Position numbers and translations under genes: made by a program. Shown here in pieces: positions 50,663 through 62,333 of a DNA stretch of 64,000 bases. Positions within the stretch are counted from its first letter, which is position 1, and each line of letters begins with the position of its first letter. This stretch comes from Squalus acanthias (lineage: Eukaryota), in the NCBI GenBank assembly GCA_030390025.1, contig CM059433.1:15378001-15442000 (forward strand), in the 5' to 3' direction. Below the pieces are notes generated by a model. That model was not told the DNA's origin. It saw nothing but the letters and a program-made list of their open reading frames with translations, and did not search any database.

Positions 50663-52307
50663 ATCTCTTAGCAAGCAAAGTTATGAAGGCCAGAAACCAA
50701 AGTACCAGCGAAGTTAGGATGAGTAGCCAAAAGTACCTCACACAGCGTTGACTCAATGCAGAAGTCTCTCTTTCTCTCTCTCCGAATCTCTCTCTCTCTC
50801 TCAGAACGAGTGGTGCAAAAATGTCAACCACAGAGAAAGACAGGAAGAGGCCCCCTTTAAATAGCGCCCCCCCCAGCCCCACAGCGATTGTTAGCGTTCC
50901 ACTCTTCCGGTCGTTGGATGCGCCAGGCGGTAAGGATGGGGGCGCCACTGAAATTCTGCTCCGGGGCGCCACAAGGGCGTTGCACTCTCGTATGACGTCA
51001 CAATCTGCGCGCGCAGGAGATCGCGGCGATAAAGTTTAGCGCCGCCGCAAAATGTCTAGTTAAGTTCGCGAGCGGCGCAAACATCGCTGCGCCCGGGCGC
51101 TAGCTGCTTTGCGCCCCATTAGCGCCCTCTTAAGGCGCTAACGGGAGGCGCAACCAACTGAATTTTTCGCCCTTGGACAAGAACCTGGTGTTGTGCGACT
51201 TCTCACATTTGTCCACCCCGTCCAACACCGGCATCTCCACATCATGTTATATTTGTGACATTGATTTCTCCATTTCTAATTGTAAATATGTATGCAGGAT
51301 TGTTAAATTCATCAGAAAATCTCTATCAAATGGTTTGATGCCTGAGAACCTGAAAGCAGGCATTTGAAACAAAATTGGAATTTTTTCAGAAATTATTACT
51401 GAAGCATGCAAGAGATCTCAATAGCACACTCTGTTTGAGGATAAATGAAAATTAAGAGGCGACGATAAAAGCAGCCTGAATTTGTTATTCACCAAAAACT
51501 TTATTCATCATGATTACCAAGATCTTAAATTTAATCTGGAGCCCTTCATGCAAAGCATAATTCACCATATTACAGACTTTTTCTTTTTATATATTCTTAT
51601 GCATAGCATTTTGCAAATGTTTATGCTTCATATTTCTATCTATTTGTAAATAACAAAAGGAGTTGTTTCAGTCTGCAAACCGTCCACCTTTCCAAAGAGA
51701 ATTTAATGGTGTAGCGTGTTTGTTAAATGCATTAAACAAGTGGGGCAATTGATTACCCTCAGGTATGCTCCTCTTTAAGTACAGTATATAAGAAAATGAC
51801 TGTAGTTGGACCATGGGAAGCAAAGGTCTTATAATGTTGCCAAAAAAGTAGTAAGCCTGAGGATTGGGAGGATTTTAGAATTCAGCAAAGGAGGACCAAG
51901 AAATTGATAAAGAAAGAGAAAAACGAATGAGAGTAAATTAACAAGAGACATAAAGACAGATTATAAATGTTTCTATAGATATGTAACTAGGAAGAGATTA
52001 GTGAAAGTAAACGTGGGCCAATTAGAGGCAGAGACAGGAGAAATTATAATGGGCAATAAGGAAATGGCAGAGACATTAAACAAATACTTTGTAACTGTCA
52101 CAGAAGGCACAAAAAAATTCCAGAATTAATGGGGAACCAAGGGTCTAGAGAGAATGAGGAACTTAAAGAAATCAGTATCAGTAAAGACATAGTACTGGAG
52201 AAATTAATGGGAGTAAGTGGCGACAAATCCCCTGGACCTAACATAACAACAGCAAATGCTGAAAATACTCAGCAGGTCAGGCAGCAATTTTGGAGAGAGA
52301 AAAACAG

Positions 52308-52344
52308 AGTTAACTTTTCAGGTCGCTGACCCTTCATCAGAACT
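52308..52344 (-). ncRNA. Minimal hammerhead ribozyme motif in the inverted pLTR
   Basis: AGTT-CTGATGA-A-GGGTC AGC GACCT-GAAA-AGTT-AACT on the minus strand. Confidence 0.6.
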
Positions 52345-52599
52345 GGAAAAAGTTGGAGATGTAACAGATTTTTAAGCAAGTGCAGGGGCAGGGAAAGGGG
52401 AGGAGAGGAGGAAAGAACAAAAGGGAAGGTCTGTGATAGGGTGGAAGGCAGGAGAGATTAAAAGACAAAAGGGATGAGGGTGCAAGGCAAAAGGAGTTTG
52501 GTTCACTGCCACTTCTCATCTAGGAATGCCCACCTTGAAGAAGTTCTGTTCTTCTCTCCGAAGGGATTTCCGTTTGTCTCTTCAACCTTGTTCATCCTC

Positions 52600-55275
52600 A
52601 TTGCGTTCTGTTTCCCTTCTCGTGTTTGATCAGGTATCTGCCAAGACTCGTTTTCACAGCCACATCTCTTTCCTCAGCAACTGTCTCTGGTTCCGACTTT
52701 TTCCACATGGATTCCAACTGAAATTCCACCTTTCCTGTTTCGGATCCACCCAGGATTACAGATCTCTCTAAGATATTCAGCGCTCCTTGAACTACTGCTC
52801 TCGTGCATCCTGAGAGCCAAGCACAACACCATGCGTCGCCACATGAACATTCTTGACCTCTCTCTTCAGCAGCACTGACACGCTCTATCTCAAAGCTGTC
52901 GTGGTCCACAGTTTCATTTCATTGATTCGCCTCATCCGGCGCTTCAACAAAAAACTTTTTTTCTTCCTTTCAGATATCAAGGATCGCAAGCTTCAACAAC
53001 TCTTGGACACCAATGCCCCTCCAGAATGTTCTTCCCCATCACTTTCCTCTGACCCCATCCCTTCTTCCAATCTCACCCCCTGCCGTGTTTTCACTATCCC
53101 CTCAGACCTTCCCATCTCTGACCCCGAACGATCAGTCCTCAGCAAAGGCCTGAGTTTTATTCCCTTACACCCCCATCACAATGAATTTCGAGCTCGTCAC
53201 GACACTGAGCTCTTTTTCCGTCGCCTTCGTCTCCGTGACCACTTCTTTGGCCAGGAGTCTTCCCCCCACACAGCTGACCCTTTCCCCCGCTTTCAGAATT
53301 CTCGTTCTACCTGGACCCCTCCCTCTGGCCTCTTACCCGCTCTATATATCTTTTCATTGCTAACTGCCGGCGTGACATTGACTGTCTCAATTTCCCTGCT
53401 CCCCTCACTCACTCCGACCTACCTCCCTCTGAACTTGCAGCACTCCGTTCTCTCCGATCCAACCCTAACATTGTCATTAAACCTGCTGACAGTGGTGCTG
53501 TTGTTGTTTAGCAAACCGACCTCTATCGTGCGGAGGCTGAACGGCAACTCTCCGACACCTCCTCCTACCTCCCCCTGGACCATGAACCCACTACCATACA
53601 TCAAGCAATCGTTTCCAAGACTGTCACTGACCTCATCTCCTCTGGAGATCTTCCCTCCATGGCTGTCAACCTCATAGTCCCCCAACCCCTCATAGCCCAC
53701 TTCTACCTTCTTCCCAAGATCCACAAACAGGGCTGCCCTGGTAGACCCATCGTTTCAGCCTGTTCTTGCCCCACGGAACTGATTTCTTCCAATCTCGACT
53801 CTATTTTTTCTCCCCTTGTCCAGGCTCTTCCCACCTACATTCGCGACTCTTCCGACGCCCTCCGCCATTTTAACAGTTTCCAGTTTCCTGGCCCCAACCG
53901 TCTCCTTTTCACTATGGACGTCCAATCCCTCGACACCTCCATCACCCACCAGGATGGCCTGAGGGCGCTCCGCTTCTTCCTTGAACAGAGGCCCAACCAG
54001 TCCCCATCCACCACCACCCTCCTCTGCCTAGCTGAACTTGTTCTCACATTGAACAACCTCTCCTTTGACTCCACTCACTTCGTCCAAATTAAAGGTGTTG
54101 CTATGGGAACTAGCATGGGTCCTAGCTATGGCTGCCTTTTCGTGGGATATGTGGAACATTCTTTGTTCCAGTCCTGCTCAGGTCCACTCCCTCACCTCTT
54201 TTTCCGGTACATTGATGACTGTATCGGTGCCGTTTCCTGCTCTCGCCCTGAACTAGAAAAGTTCATTCACTTCGCTTCCAATTTCCACCCTTCCCTCAGC
54301 TTAACATGGTCCATCTCCGACTCTTCCCGTCCCTTCCTCGACATCTCTGTCTCCATTTCTGGGGATAGACTATTGACAAACATTCACTATAAGCCCACTG
54401 ACTCCCACAGCTACCTGGATTACACTTCCTCCCACCCCACCTCCTGTAAGGACTCTATTCCATTCTCCCAGTTTCTCCGTCTCTGCCGCATCTGCTCTGA
54501 TGATGCCACCTTCTATACTAGTGCTTCCGATATGTCTTCCTTTTTCCTCAACCAAGGATCCCCCTCTTCTGTGGTTGACACGGCCCTTGACCGTGTCCGT
54601 TCTATTTCCCGCACTTCTGCCCTCACCCCTGCCCCTCCCTCCCGGAACCACGATAGGGTTCCCCTTGTCCTCACCTTTCACCCCACCAGCCTCCACAGTC
54701 AATGGATCATCCTCTTTCATTTCCGCCACCTCCAGCATGATCCCACTACCAAACGCATCTTCCCCTCACCTCCCCTTTCAGCATTCCGAAGGGACCGCTC
54801 CCTCCGCGACACCCTGGTCCACTCCTCTATCACCCCCAACACCCCTTCCCCTTCACCCGGCACCTTCCTGTAAAAGCGCAGGAGATGCAACATTTGCCTT
54901 TTTACCTCCTCCCTTCTCACTGTCCAGGGCCCCAAACACTCCTTCCAGGTGAAACAGCGATTTACTTGTACTTCTTGCAATTTAGTATACTGTATTCGCT
55001 GCTCACGATGCGGTCTCCTCTACATTGGGGAGACCAAATGCAGATTGGGTGACCGCTTTGCAGAATACCTCCATTCAGTCCGTAAGCGTGACCCCGAGCT
55101 TCCGGTCACCTGTCACTTTAAATCTGCACTCCACTCCCACTCTGACCTCTCCATCCTCGACCTCTTACACTGTTCCAAGGAAGCTGAACGTAAGTTCGAG
55201 GAACAGCACCTCATCTTTTGATTAGGCACTTTACAGCCTTCTGACTCAACATCGAGTTCAACAATTTCAGACCAT
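52600..55275 (+). pseudogene. Penelope RT plus GIY-YIG endonuclease polyprotein, frameshifted
   Basis: LSKGLSFIP; FYLLPKIHK..PGRPIVS; GVAMG; FRYIDD; HYKPTD; Cys linker near 54870-54900; NLVYCIRCSRCGLLYIGET..RFAE. Confidence 0.95.
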
Positions 55276-55541
55276 AACCTCGGCCCTTGTTTTTTTTTTC
55301 TCTCACATGGCAGCCGTTGATCATTCTGCCATTGCCAGTTACACCTCATCTAGAATCATCTTTTGGTTTTTTACTTGTCCCATTACCATCTCCTTTTGCC
55401 TTGCAACATCATCCCTTTTGTCTTTTAATCACTCCTGCCTTCCACCTAATCACAGACCTTCCCTTTTTATTCTTTCCTCCCCACCTCCCTTTCCCTGCCC
55501 ATATACTTGCTTAAAAATCTGTTACATCTTTAACTTTTTCC

Positions 55542-55578
55542 AGTTCTGATGAAGGGTCATCGATCTGAAACGTTAACT
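55542..55578 (+). ncRNA. Minimal type I hammerhead ribozyme motif in the 3' pLTR
   Basis: AGTT-CTGATGA-A-GGGTC ATC GATCT-GAAA-CGTT-AACT. Confidence 0.72.
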
Positions 55579-57576
55579 CTGTTTTTCTCTCTCCACGGAT
55601 GCTGCCTGACTTGCTGAGTGTTTCCAGCATTTTCTGTTGTTATTTCAGATTTCCAGCATCCGCAGTATTTTGCTATTTTCCCCTGGACCCGACGACTTGC
55701 ATCTTAGGGTTTTAAAAGAGGTAGCTGCAGAGATAGTGGATGCACTGGTATTAATCTTCCAGAATTCCATAGATTCTAGAACAGTCCCCAAGGATTGAAG
55801 GTAGCAAAAATAACCCTGCTATTTAAGAAAGGAGGGAGAGAGAAAATGGGGAACTACAGACCAGTTAGCCTGACATCAGTAGTGGGGAAAATGCTAGAAT
55901 CTATTATTAAGGACGTGGTAACAGGGCACTTAGAAAATAATAATAGGATTGGGCAGAGTCAACACAGATTTATGAAAGGGAAATCGTGTTTGACAAATCT
56001 GTTATAGAGTTTTTTGAGGTTGTAACTAGCAGAATAGATAAGGGGGAACCAGTGGATGTGGTGTATTTGGATTTTCAGAAGGCATTCGATAAGGTGCCAC
56101 ACAAGAGGTTACTAAACAAAATTAGGGCTCATGGGATTGGGGGTAATATACTAGCATGGATTGAGGATTGGTTAATGGACAGAAAACAGAGAGTAGGAAT
56201 AAACGGGTCATTTTCGGGTTGGCAGGCTGTCACTAGTGGGGTACCGCAAGGATCAGTGCTTGGGCCTCAGCTATTCACAATCTACATCAATGATTTGAAT
56301 GAGGGAACCGAATGTAATATATCCAAGTTTGCTGATGATACAAAGCTAGGTGGGAATGTAAGTTGTGAGGAGGATGCAAGGAGGCTTCAAGGGGATATAG
56401 ACAGGCTAAGTGAGTGGGCAGGAACATGGCAAATGGAATATAATGTGAAGAAATGTGAAGTTATCCACTTTGGTAGGAAAAATAGAAAAGCAGAGTATTT
56501 TTTAAATGGTGAGAGATTGGGAAATGTCGATGTTCAGAGGGACCTGGGTGTCATTGTACACGAATCACTGAAAGTTAACATGCAGGTACAGCAAGCAATT
56601 AAGAAAGCAAATGGTACATTGGCCTTTATTACAAGAGGATTTGAGTATAAGAGTAAATATGTCTTACTGCAATTATATAGGGCCCTGGTGAGACCACACC
56701 TGGAGTATTGTGTACCGTTTTGGTCTCCTTACCTAAGGAAGGATATACTTGCCATAGAGGGAGTGCAACGAAGGTTCACTGGACTGGTTCCTGGAATGGG
56801 GGTATTGTCCTATGAGGAGAGATTGAGTAGACTAGGCCTATATTCTCTAGAGTTTAGAAGAATGAGAGGTGATCTCATTGAAACATACAAAATTCTTACA
56901 GGGCTTGACAGGGTAGATGCAGGGAGGATGTTTCCCCTGGCTGGGGAGTCTAGAACCAGGGATCACAATCTCAGAATAAGGGGTCGGCCATTTAGGACTG
57001 AGATGAGGAAACATTTTCTTCACTCAGAGGGTGGTGAATCTTTGGAATTCTCTACCCCAGAGTATATTCAAGACAGAGATCGATAGATTTTTGAATATTA
57101 AGGGAATCAAGAGATATGGGGATAGTGCGGAAAGGTTGAGTTGAGGTAGAAGATCAGCCATGATCTTATTGAATGGTGGAGCAGGCTCGAGGGGCCAAAT
57201 GGCCGGCTCCTGCCCCTATTTCTTATGTTCTTATAACATTTTAAAGGATCCTGTAAAAGTGATTTGTAAATTTATTCAGTAGTAAATGGTCTTTTTGATG
57301 ACTTTTGCTTGTAACAAAAGTATTGGGTTATCCTAAAATTCCTGTGCCTTTAGCAGTGGAGACTAAATTCACAGAATTGAAATAAGTATTCAGGACACAC
57401 AATTCCCTTTAAACATACCATCATAGTGCATTATTCAAATAGTGTATAATGCAAATTCCCGAGATCCATGATCTGAACAAAGTGTTTCCATGCCTTGATA
57501 TTCTTCATAGCTTCAGCAGGAGAAAGAAAAATCTGATAAATTATCTCTAGCTTCTTTTTCATGGCATGATTACTTA

Positions 57577-58550
57577 GGCCCTGATTTTAACTCAGAGCGG
57601 GAGTCGGACAGTCGGAAGCTGAGGCGAGCGCCGAACCCGTCTGACCCCAGCAGCGTGAGGCCCAGGCGATTTTGAACACCCGCCCAAAACTAGGAGGAAG
57701 CGGTAGCTGGCCAGCGGGTGCGAGTGTAATTTCAGGCGGCAGTAGGACACCAGCCCGGACCAAAGGAACGGTCGCCGACACTCAGATAAGTCACGGTGAG
57801 GAGGATTTTGGCAGGGTCTCGTGATCAGGAAAGGGTGGGCGGGGGGGGGGGCGGGTGCGATGGGGAGCTCGCAGCGGAGGAGGCCGAAACTTTCACTCCT
57901 GCTCTTCTTGGCTCCACAAGGAAAGTGACAAAAATAAAAAATACTTACTGCTGGGGCCTCTTTTGGCTCCGGTTCCTCTTCCCGCGAGCTTCAACTGGCG
58001 GCAAACCACAATGGGTTCCCAGTCAGGCCACCAGTTAAAATAACAGTCTAGGCCCGATAACGTCATTGGACCCCGATCTTCATATTTAAAGAAGGACCCT
58101 ACTGTTTCAGGCGGGTGTCTTTGCCGCCTGCTCCGAAGTGCTGCGCTGTCGGAGGTGTCGTCTTTCGGATGAGACGTTAAATCGAGGCCCCGTCTGCTCT
58201 CTCAGGTGGACGTAAAAGATCCCGTGGCACTATTTCGAAGAAGAGCAGGGGAGTTCACCCCGGTGTCCTGGGCCAATATTAATCCCTCAACCAACATAAC
58301 CAAAACAGATTATCTGGTCATTATCTCATTGCTGTTTGTGGGAGCTTGCTGAGCGCAAATTGGCTGCCGCGTTTCCCACATTACAACAGTGACCACACTT
58401 CAAAAAGTACTTCATTGGCTGTAAAGCGCTTTGAGACGTCCGGTGGTCGTGACAGTCGCTATATAAATGCAAGTCTTTCTTTTCTTGAAAATAGATGACA
58501 GCGGGAATAGAGCGGGATGTTGGCGGGTAAGCCTCCTGGCCAATTTTAAC
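57577..58550. mobile_element. Harbinger-type MITE, SINE-interrupted, right end unclear
   Basis: GGCCCTGATTTTAA start as at 5944; GC-rich body. Confidence 0.5.
58138..58486 (+). mobile_element. Deu-domain SINE, 5' truncated
   Basis: Homologous to 17426-17775; retains CpGs. Confidence 0.88.
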
Positions 58551-59640
58551 AGTTGAGGTATATCTAGAGGAACAATTTTAATCCTGCCTACCTGGCCCGG
58601 TGCCCCTTTAGATACACCTCAAATCACTTGCTTTGTTCCACTGATGACATCAGTCCCTATTGATTGTCAGCATACACTCCTAATAGCTGCTGACCTGCCA
58701 ATTCCATTAAGTCTCATTCCAATATTGCATCGTACATAAAAGTAATTTAAATAAATTACAAACAACAGTTTGCCACTATTCCAGCTCCATCACTGCAACT
58801 CACAGGGGAAAAAAATGCTGATATTGCTTTCGTATTATTTTATTCAATGCGTTCCAGAAACGGTCGTTGCTAAAATTTCAACATGAAATGATTAATAATT
58901 TTATTAAAAACTTAACTGGAATGTAATGAAGAAGCTATATGTGAGGTGAAAGCCATTTCTATTAAGAAGAAGCTAGTTATTCATATATTCCTTTTAATAC
59001 ATTATTATCTTGAGATGAAGAAAAATGTAATCACTATACCACTAAAAGCAAGATTTTGCCCAGATATTGCACATGGACATCATCTAAAGGGGAATAATTA
59101 AATTTTGCACCACTTTCATTACTGTAGGCCTAAATTAATCCATCCAACAGGATGCAGTTTATGTTGGAGGGCAGGGTCGGAAAGCTTAACACAGAAGTCT
59201 CAATAAATAACAGAATATTCAGTACTGCACAAGGTCTCTGACACACTGAAGAAAAGCCTGCTGAAACGGCATTGAGCTACAGCACGAAGCAATGGTACAA
59301 ACTCCGACCTCAATGGAAACCCAATCAAACTGTAGAATCTGTGGATTCCTGCTGACTCCTGCGTTCTTATATTTTAAGTGTAACACTGGTTGATTTCTAT
59401 TTTTAGAAACTTTTAAGCTGCACCACTGAACACATTTTCAGCAGTTTCAATACATGTACTGCAAGGTTACAGACCACAATTATTCAAAAATTTATACCAA
59501 ATCTAATCAAAAGAAATGTTTTGCGGTGAACCTATGCTGGCCTCGGGCACATTAGGAAACAAAACGTGATGGTATTGCGAAGCTAGCACTCATAATCATT
59601 GAATTTATTGTTCTTAAGTCTTTGAGCATTTAAAAATATT

Positions 59641-62333
59641 GGCGGCCGCTAAATTTGGCTCCGTAGTGCCTGGTTTTTTTCGGCGCTATGGGTGCCGTTT
59701 TGAGTCCAAAATGGCGCCCGCGCTATGTGCACACCCGGGCGGGCTGCGCCAGACGTCATTTCGGGTAGGTTGTTAGCGCGGGCGCTGGGAGCGTGCGCCG
59801 GAAGTATGCAGAGTACGCAGATCGTGACGTCAATCAGCGTGCAACTTGATGCCAGCGCTGCCATTTTCGACCTCAACGCTCCAGCTAAAGCCCTCTCCTA
59901 AACACATACAGCTGCAGTAAGGACACACACGAGCGCTATTTAAAGGGATCATCAACTGCTTTCAGGTTAGTTGCTGATTGATTTCTACTGGCTCTTGGTG
60001 AGTTTGTAGAAGTGTTTGGTGCTTTGTTATTCTATTTGAAGTTGCTGAAGTCTCCAGGGAGTGGTGTGGCAGGTAACTTCAAGGCTTCTGCTCAGACCGG
60101 TTGCTCCCAGACACGGGTGCAGTAGTTTGTATCCCCCTTGGCCTGCAGCATGACAGGGAGAATGAGCAGAGGAGACACAGAGGAGGACAAGCTGCTCGAA
60201 GAGGGAGGAGGGGGAGAAGGGCTCTCAGCAGGATCTTCAGGGGCCAATTCTCCTACCTCAACCTTAGCGAGGAAAAGTGTATGTGATGTCTGCGCTTCAC
60301 TAAGGAGGAGCTCACTGAAATCTGCCACCTTAGGCAGGCAGAACTGCAGCATCAGAGCAGGGTGAGAACGGCATTGCCAATGGCTGTGAAGGTGAGCGTG
60401 GCCATGAATTTTTATGTGTCGGGCTCCTTCCTGGCTGGAGCAGGTGATATTTCATCACCGCGTCCTCTTGGCCACAATACTACAATAAAAGCCATCACAC
60501 AACAAACATTCCAAACCAAATTTACAAATCAAACCATCCAATATTACATACCAAAGTCAACTAATCACCCTTGTACATTCCCTTAGTGCCTGTCTTCCAT
60601 GTGCCTTTTTCTGTCCTGGTGCTCCTACGCAGTGCTACCCCAGTGGCTGCAGCATGGCTGCTGGAAAGCTGCTGACTTTCAGTGGGGGAGACTGCAGATG
60701 GTCTTGGAGACTGACCTTGAGCAACTCTGGGCCTAGAAGGCCCGGCTTCGGACAGCACCACCTAGGCATGGGCGGCAGCAGTCCGGCTGGCTGGCTGACC
60801 GACAAAACCAAGCGCACTGGTGCAGTGGCAGTGGCGGGAGCACGAATGTAGTCATCCTGAGAGAGGACAGCAGGTTCGTGCTCCATGGAGCCACTGCCAC
60901 TCCCCCGGGGCGACGCCTCAGCAATCCCAGTAATCTGTTGGAGGATAGATTGCTGGACTGTTGGGACGCCCTGCAAGCCCCTTTCAACACTGGTAACCGC
61001 AGCCACGATGGCAGCAGCCTGAGTTTGCATGGCAGCAAATTGAGCCTGCATGACAGAAGTCTGAGCTTCCACTGCAGCATCCAGATGTTGGGTGCCTTCT
61101 GCTTGTGCTGCAGTGGAAGCTGAGACATCGGCCATCAGACACTGCATCAGGGTTGGGTCCACAATTGCGCTAATGGAGTTGCCCATCACTTCCATGCTGG
61201 AAAGGATGGTCTCCCAGCTCTGCGCAAAGCCCTGTGCAAGGTTGGTGACGGACTCTTCCATGCTCCTTGACATTGCAGTCAGGCTTTCTGGCAGAGTTGC
61301 CAATGCACCAACCATTTCATTGTGCACACCCATCAGTGTTTTTCTGTAGTCCGCCCCATCGAATTCCTCATCTGAGTCCACTGCAGCAGAACTTGTGTTC
61401 CACCTCGCCCTCCGGGGAGCTGGCACCTGCGTTACCCTTCTCCCCTGCCCTGGCTGCAGGCCACTCGTGCCCGGTGTCTCACCACGTGCAGATCCCACGT
61501 CTAACCTATCCTCTAAAGTACACGGAGTGTCAGTACCTGAGCAGGTGGCTGCGAGTGTGAAATCGAGTGATGGTGCTGTGTCCGCAGCATCACTGCCTTC
61601 TTCCTCTTCCAGTTCTTGCTCCTCCACCACTGCCTGGCATTTGAGGAGAAATTCACTGAACTTGTCCACTCATGTGAGGTCACTGAACTTTTTGCAGCAC
61701 TGCATCCAGGTCCTTGGGGCTACACTGCTGGCATTGACTGCGACAGCTATCTGCTCCCATCGCCTTCTCACAATTTGTCTGGAGGGCCTCCTGGCCCCCT
61801 GTGGATACAGGACCTCTCTCCTCCTGTCCAGCTCCTGCACCAAGGCCTCCAGTGCTGCATCAGTGAATCTTGGAGCCTGCTTTCTGCCCTGTTGCGCCAT
61901 CAGTACATCTTCTTCTTGCTCACACTCTCTTCCCCAGCCACTTCCAGCACCTGCTGCAGCCAGGAGGCACCTCCCCTTTAAGAGGTGCAGGCCAATGTGT
62001 GTGCAGTGCCTTTAAATTTGCTGCGCGGCATCTTAGAGAGAACAGCTTGTGAGCAGCCTGCGCGGTACCGTCCCGATTGCTGTGCGGCCGCGCACGCGCG
62101 CAGCTTAGAGCAAACATTGGTGCAGGCTGCCTTTAAGTAGTGCAGGCTAGCTTTAAGTGGTGCTAGCCTCGCACGAACTTGGGACCCCTGCTGTGGCGAG
62201 CAGCCACTCAGCAGCGCGTTCAGTGCTGGGCCGCACACTACTATTATTTAAATTAGCAGGCAGCACGAAGTTTGCATTAATCGCGCAACAAGATCCCCGC
62301 GCCCATTTTCCGGCCTTGTCCAATTTCTAGGCC
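59641..62333. mobile_element. Harbinger copy G (second subfamily), doubly deleted
   Basis: ATT on both sides (59638-59640, 62334-62336), right end CCAATTTCTAGGCC; transposase 5' remnant at about 60112-60455 (+; VAMNFYVSGSF); Myb gene on the minus strand. Confidence 0.82.
60561..61900 (-). pseudogene. Harbinger Myb/SANT-like gene lacking exon 2
   Basis: MAQQGRKQAPRFTDAALEALV..WEQIA..QCCKKFSDLT*; followed by exon 3 ORF 60635-61669. Confidence 0.87.

Larger units (their letters stand above)
47700..51172. mobile_element. PIF/Harbinger copy F, young deletion derivative
   Basis: 15-bp TIR GGGGGAAAAATTCAG / CTGAATTTTTCGCCC (1 mismatch), TSD TTG (47697-47699, 51173-51175), CpG-rich ends, host hairpin rejoins across the insertion. 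Confidence 0.96.
47434..51244 (+). mobile_element. Penelope-derived hairpin element split by Harbinger copy F
   Basis: Left arm 47434 to about 47556, right arm about 47612-47699 continuing at 51176-51208, tail to 51244; direct repeat TGTTATATTTGTGA at 47425 and 51245. Confidence 0.88.
52239..55678 (+). mobile_element. Penelope-like retroelement (Neptune-like), decayed, with inverted 5' pLTR
   Basis: 11-bp TSD TCCCCTGGACC (52228-52238, 55679-55689); about 52239-52495 is an inverted copy of about 55395-55647; tail of about 30 bp. Confidence 0.93.
51810..57235 (+). mobile_element. CR1-like LINE ORF2 (5' truncated), interrupted by a Penelope element
   Basis: KSPGP split at 52238/55679; ORFs 55795-56007 and 55986-57086 carry RT motifs (YLDFQKAFDKVPH, GVPQGSVLGP, FADD). 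Confidence 0.95.

Noticed and set aside
50099..50972. Long antisense or alternate-frame ORFs (also 26446-27081, 32902-33543, 61395-62015)
   Set aside because: They are shadows of GC-rich transposon coding sequence with no independent motifs.
60635..61900. Retrocopied (intronless) Myb gene
   Set aside because: The junction retains intron-1 bases and skips exon 2, which indicates a DNA deletion.
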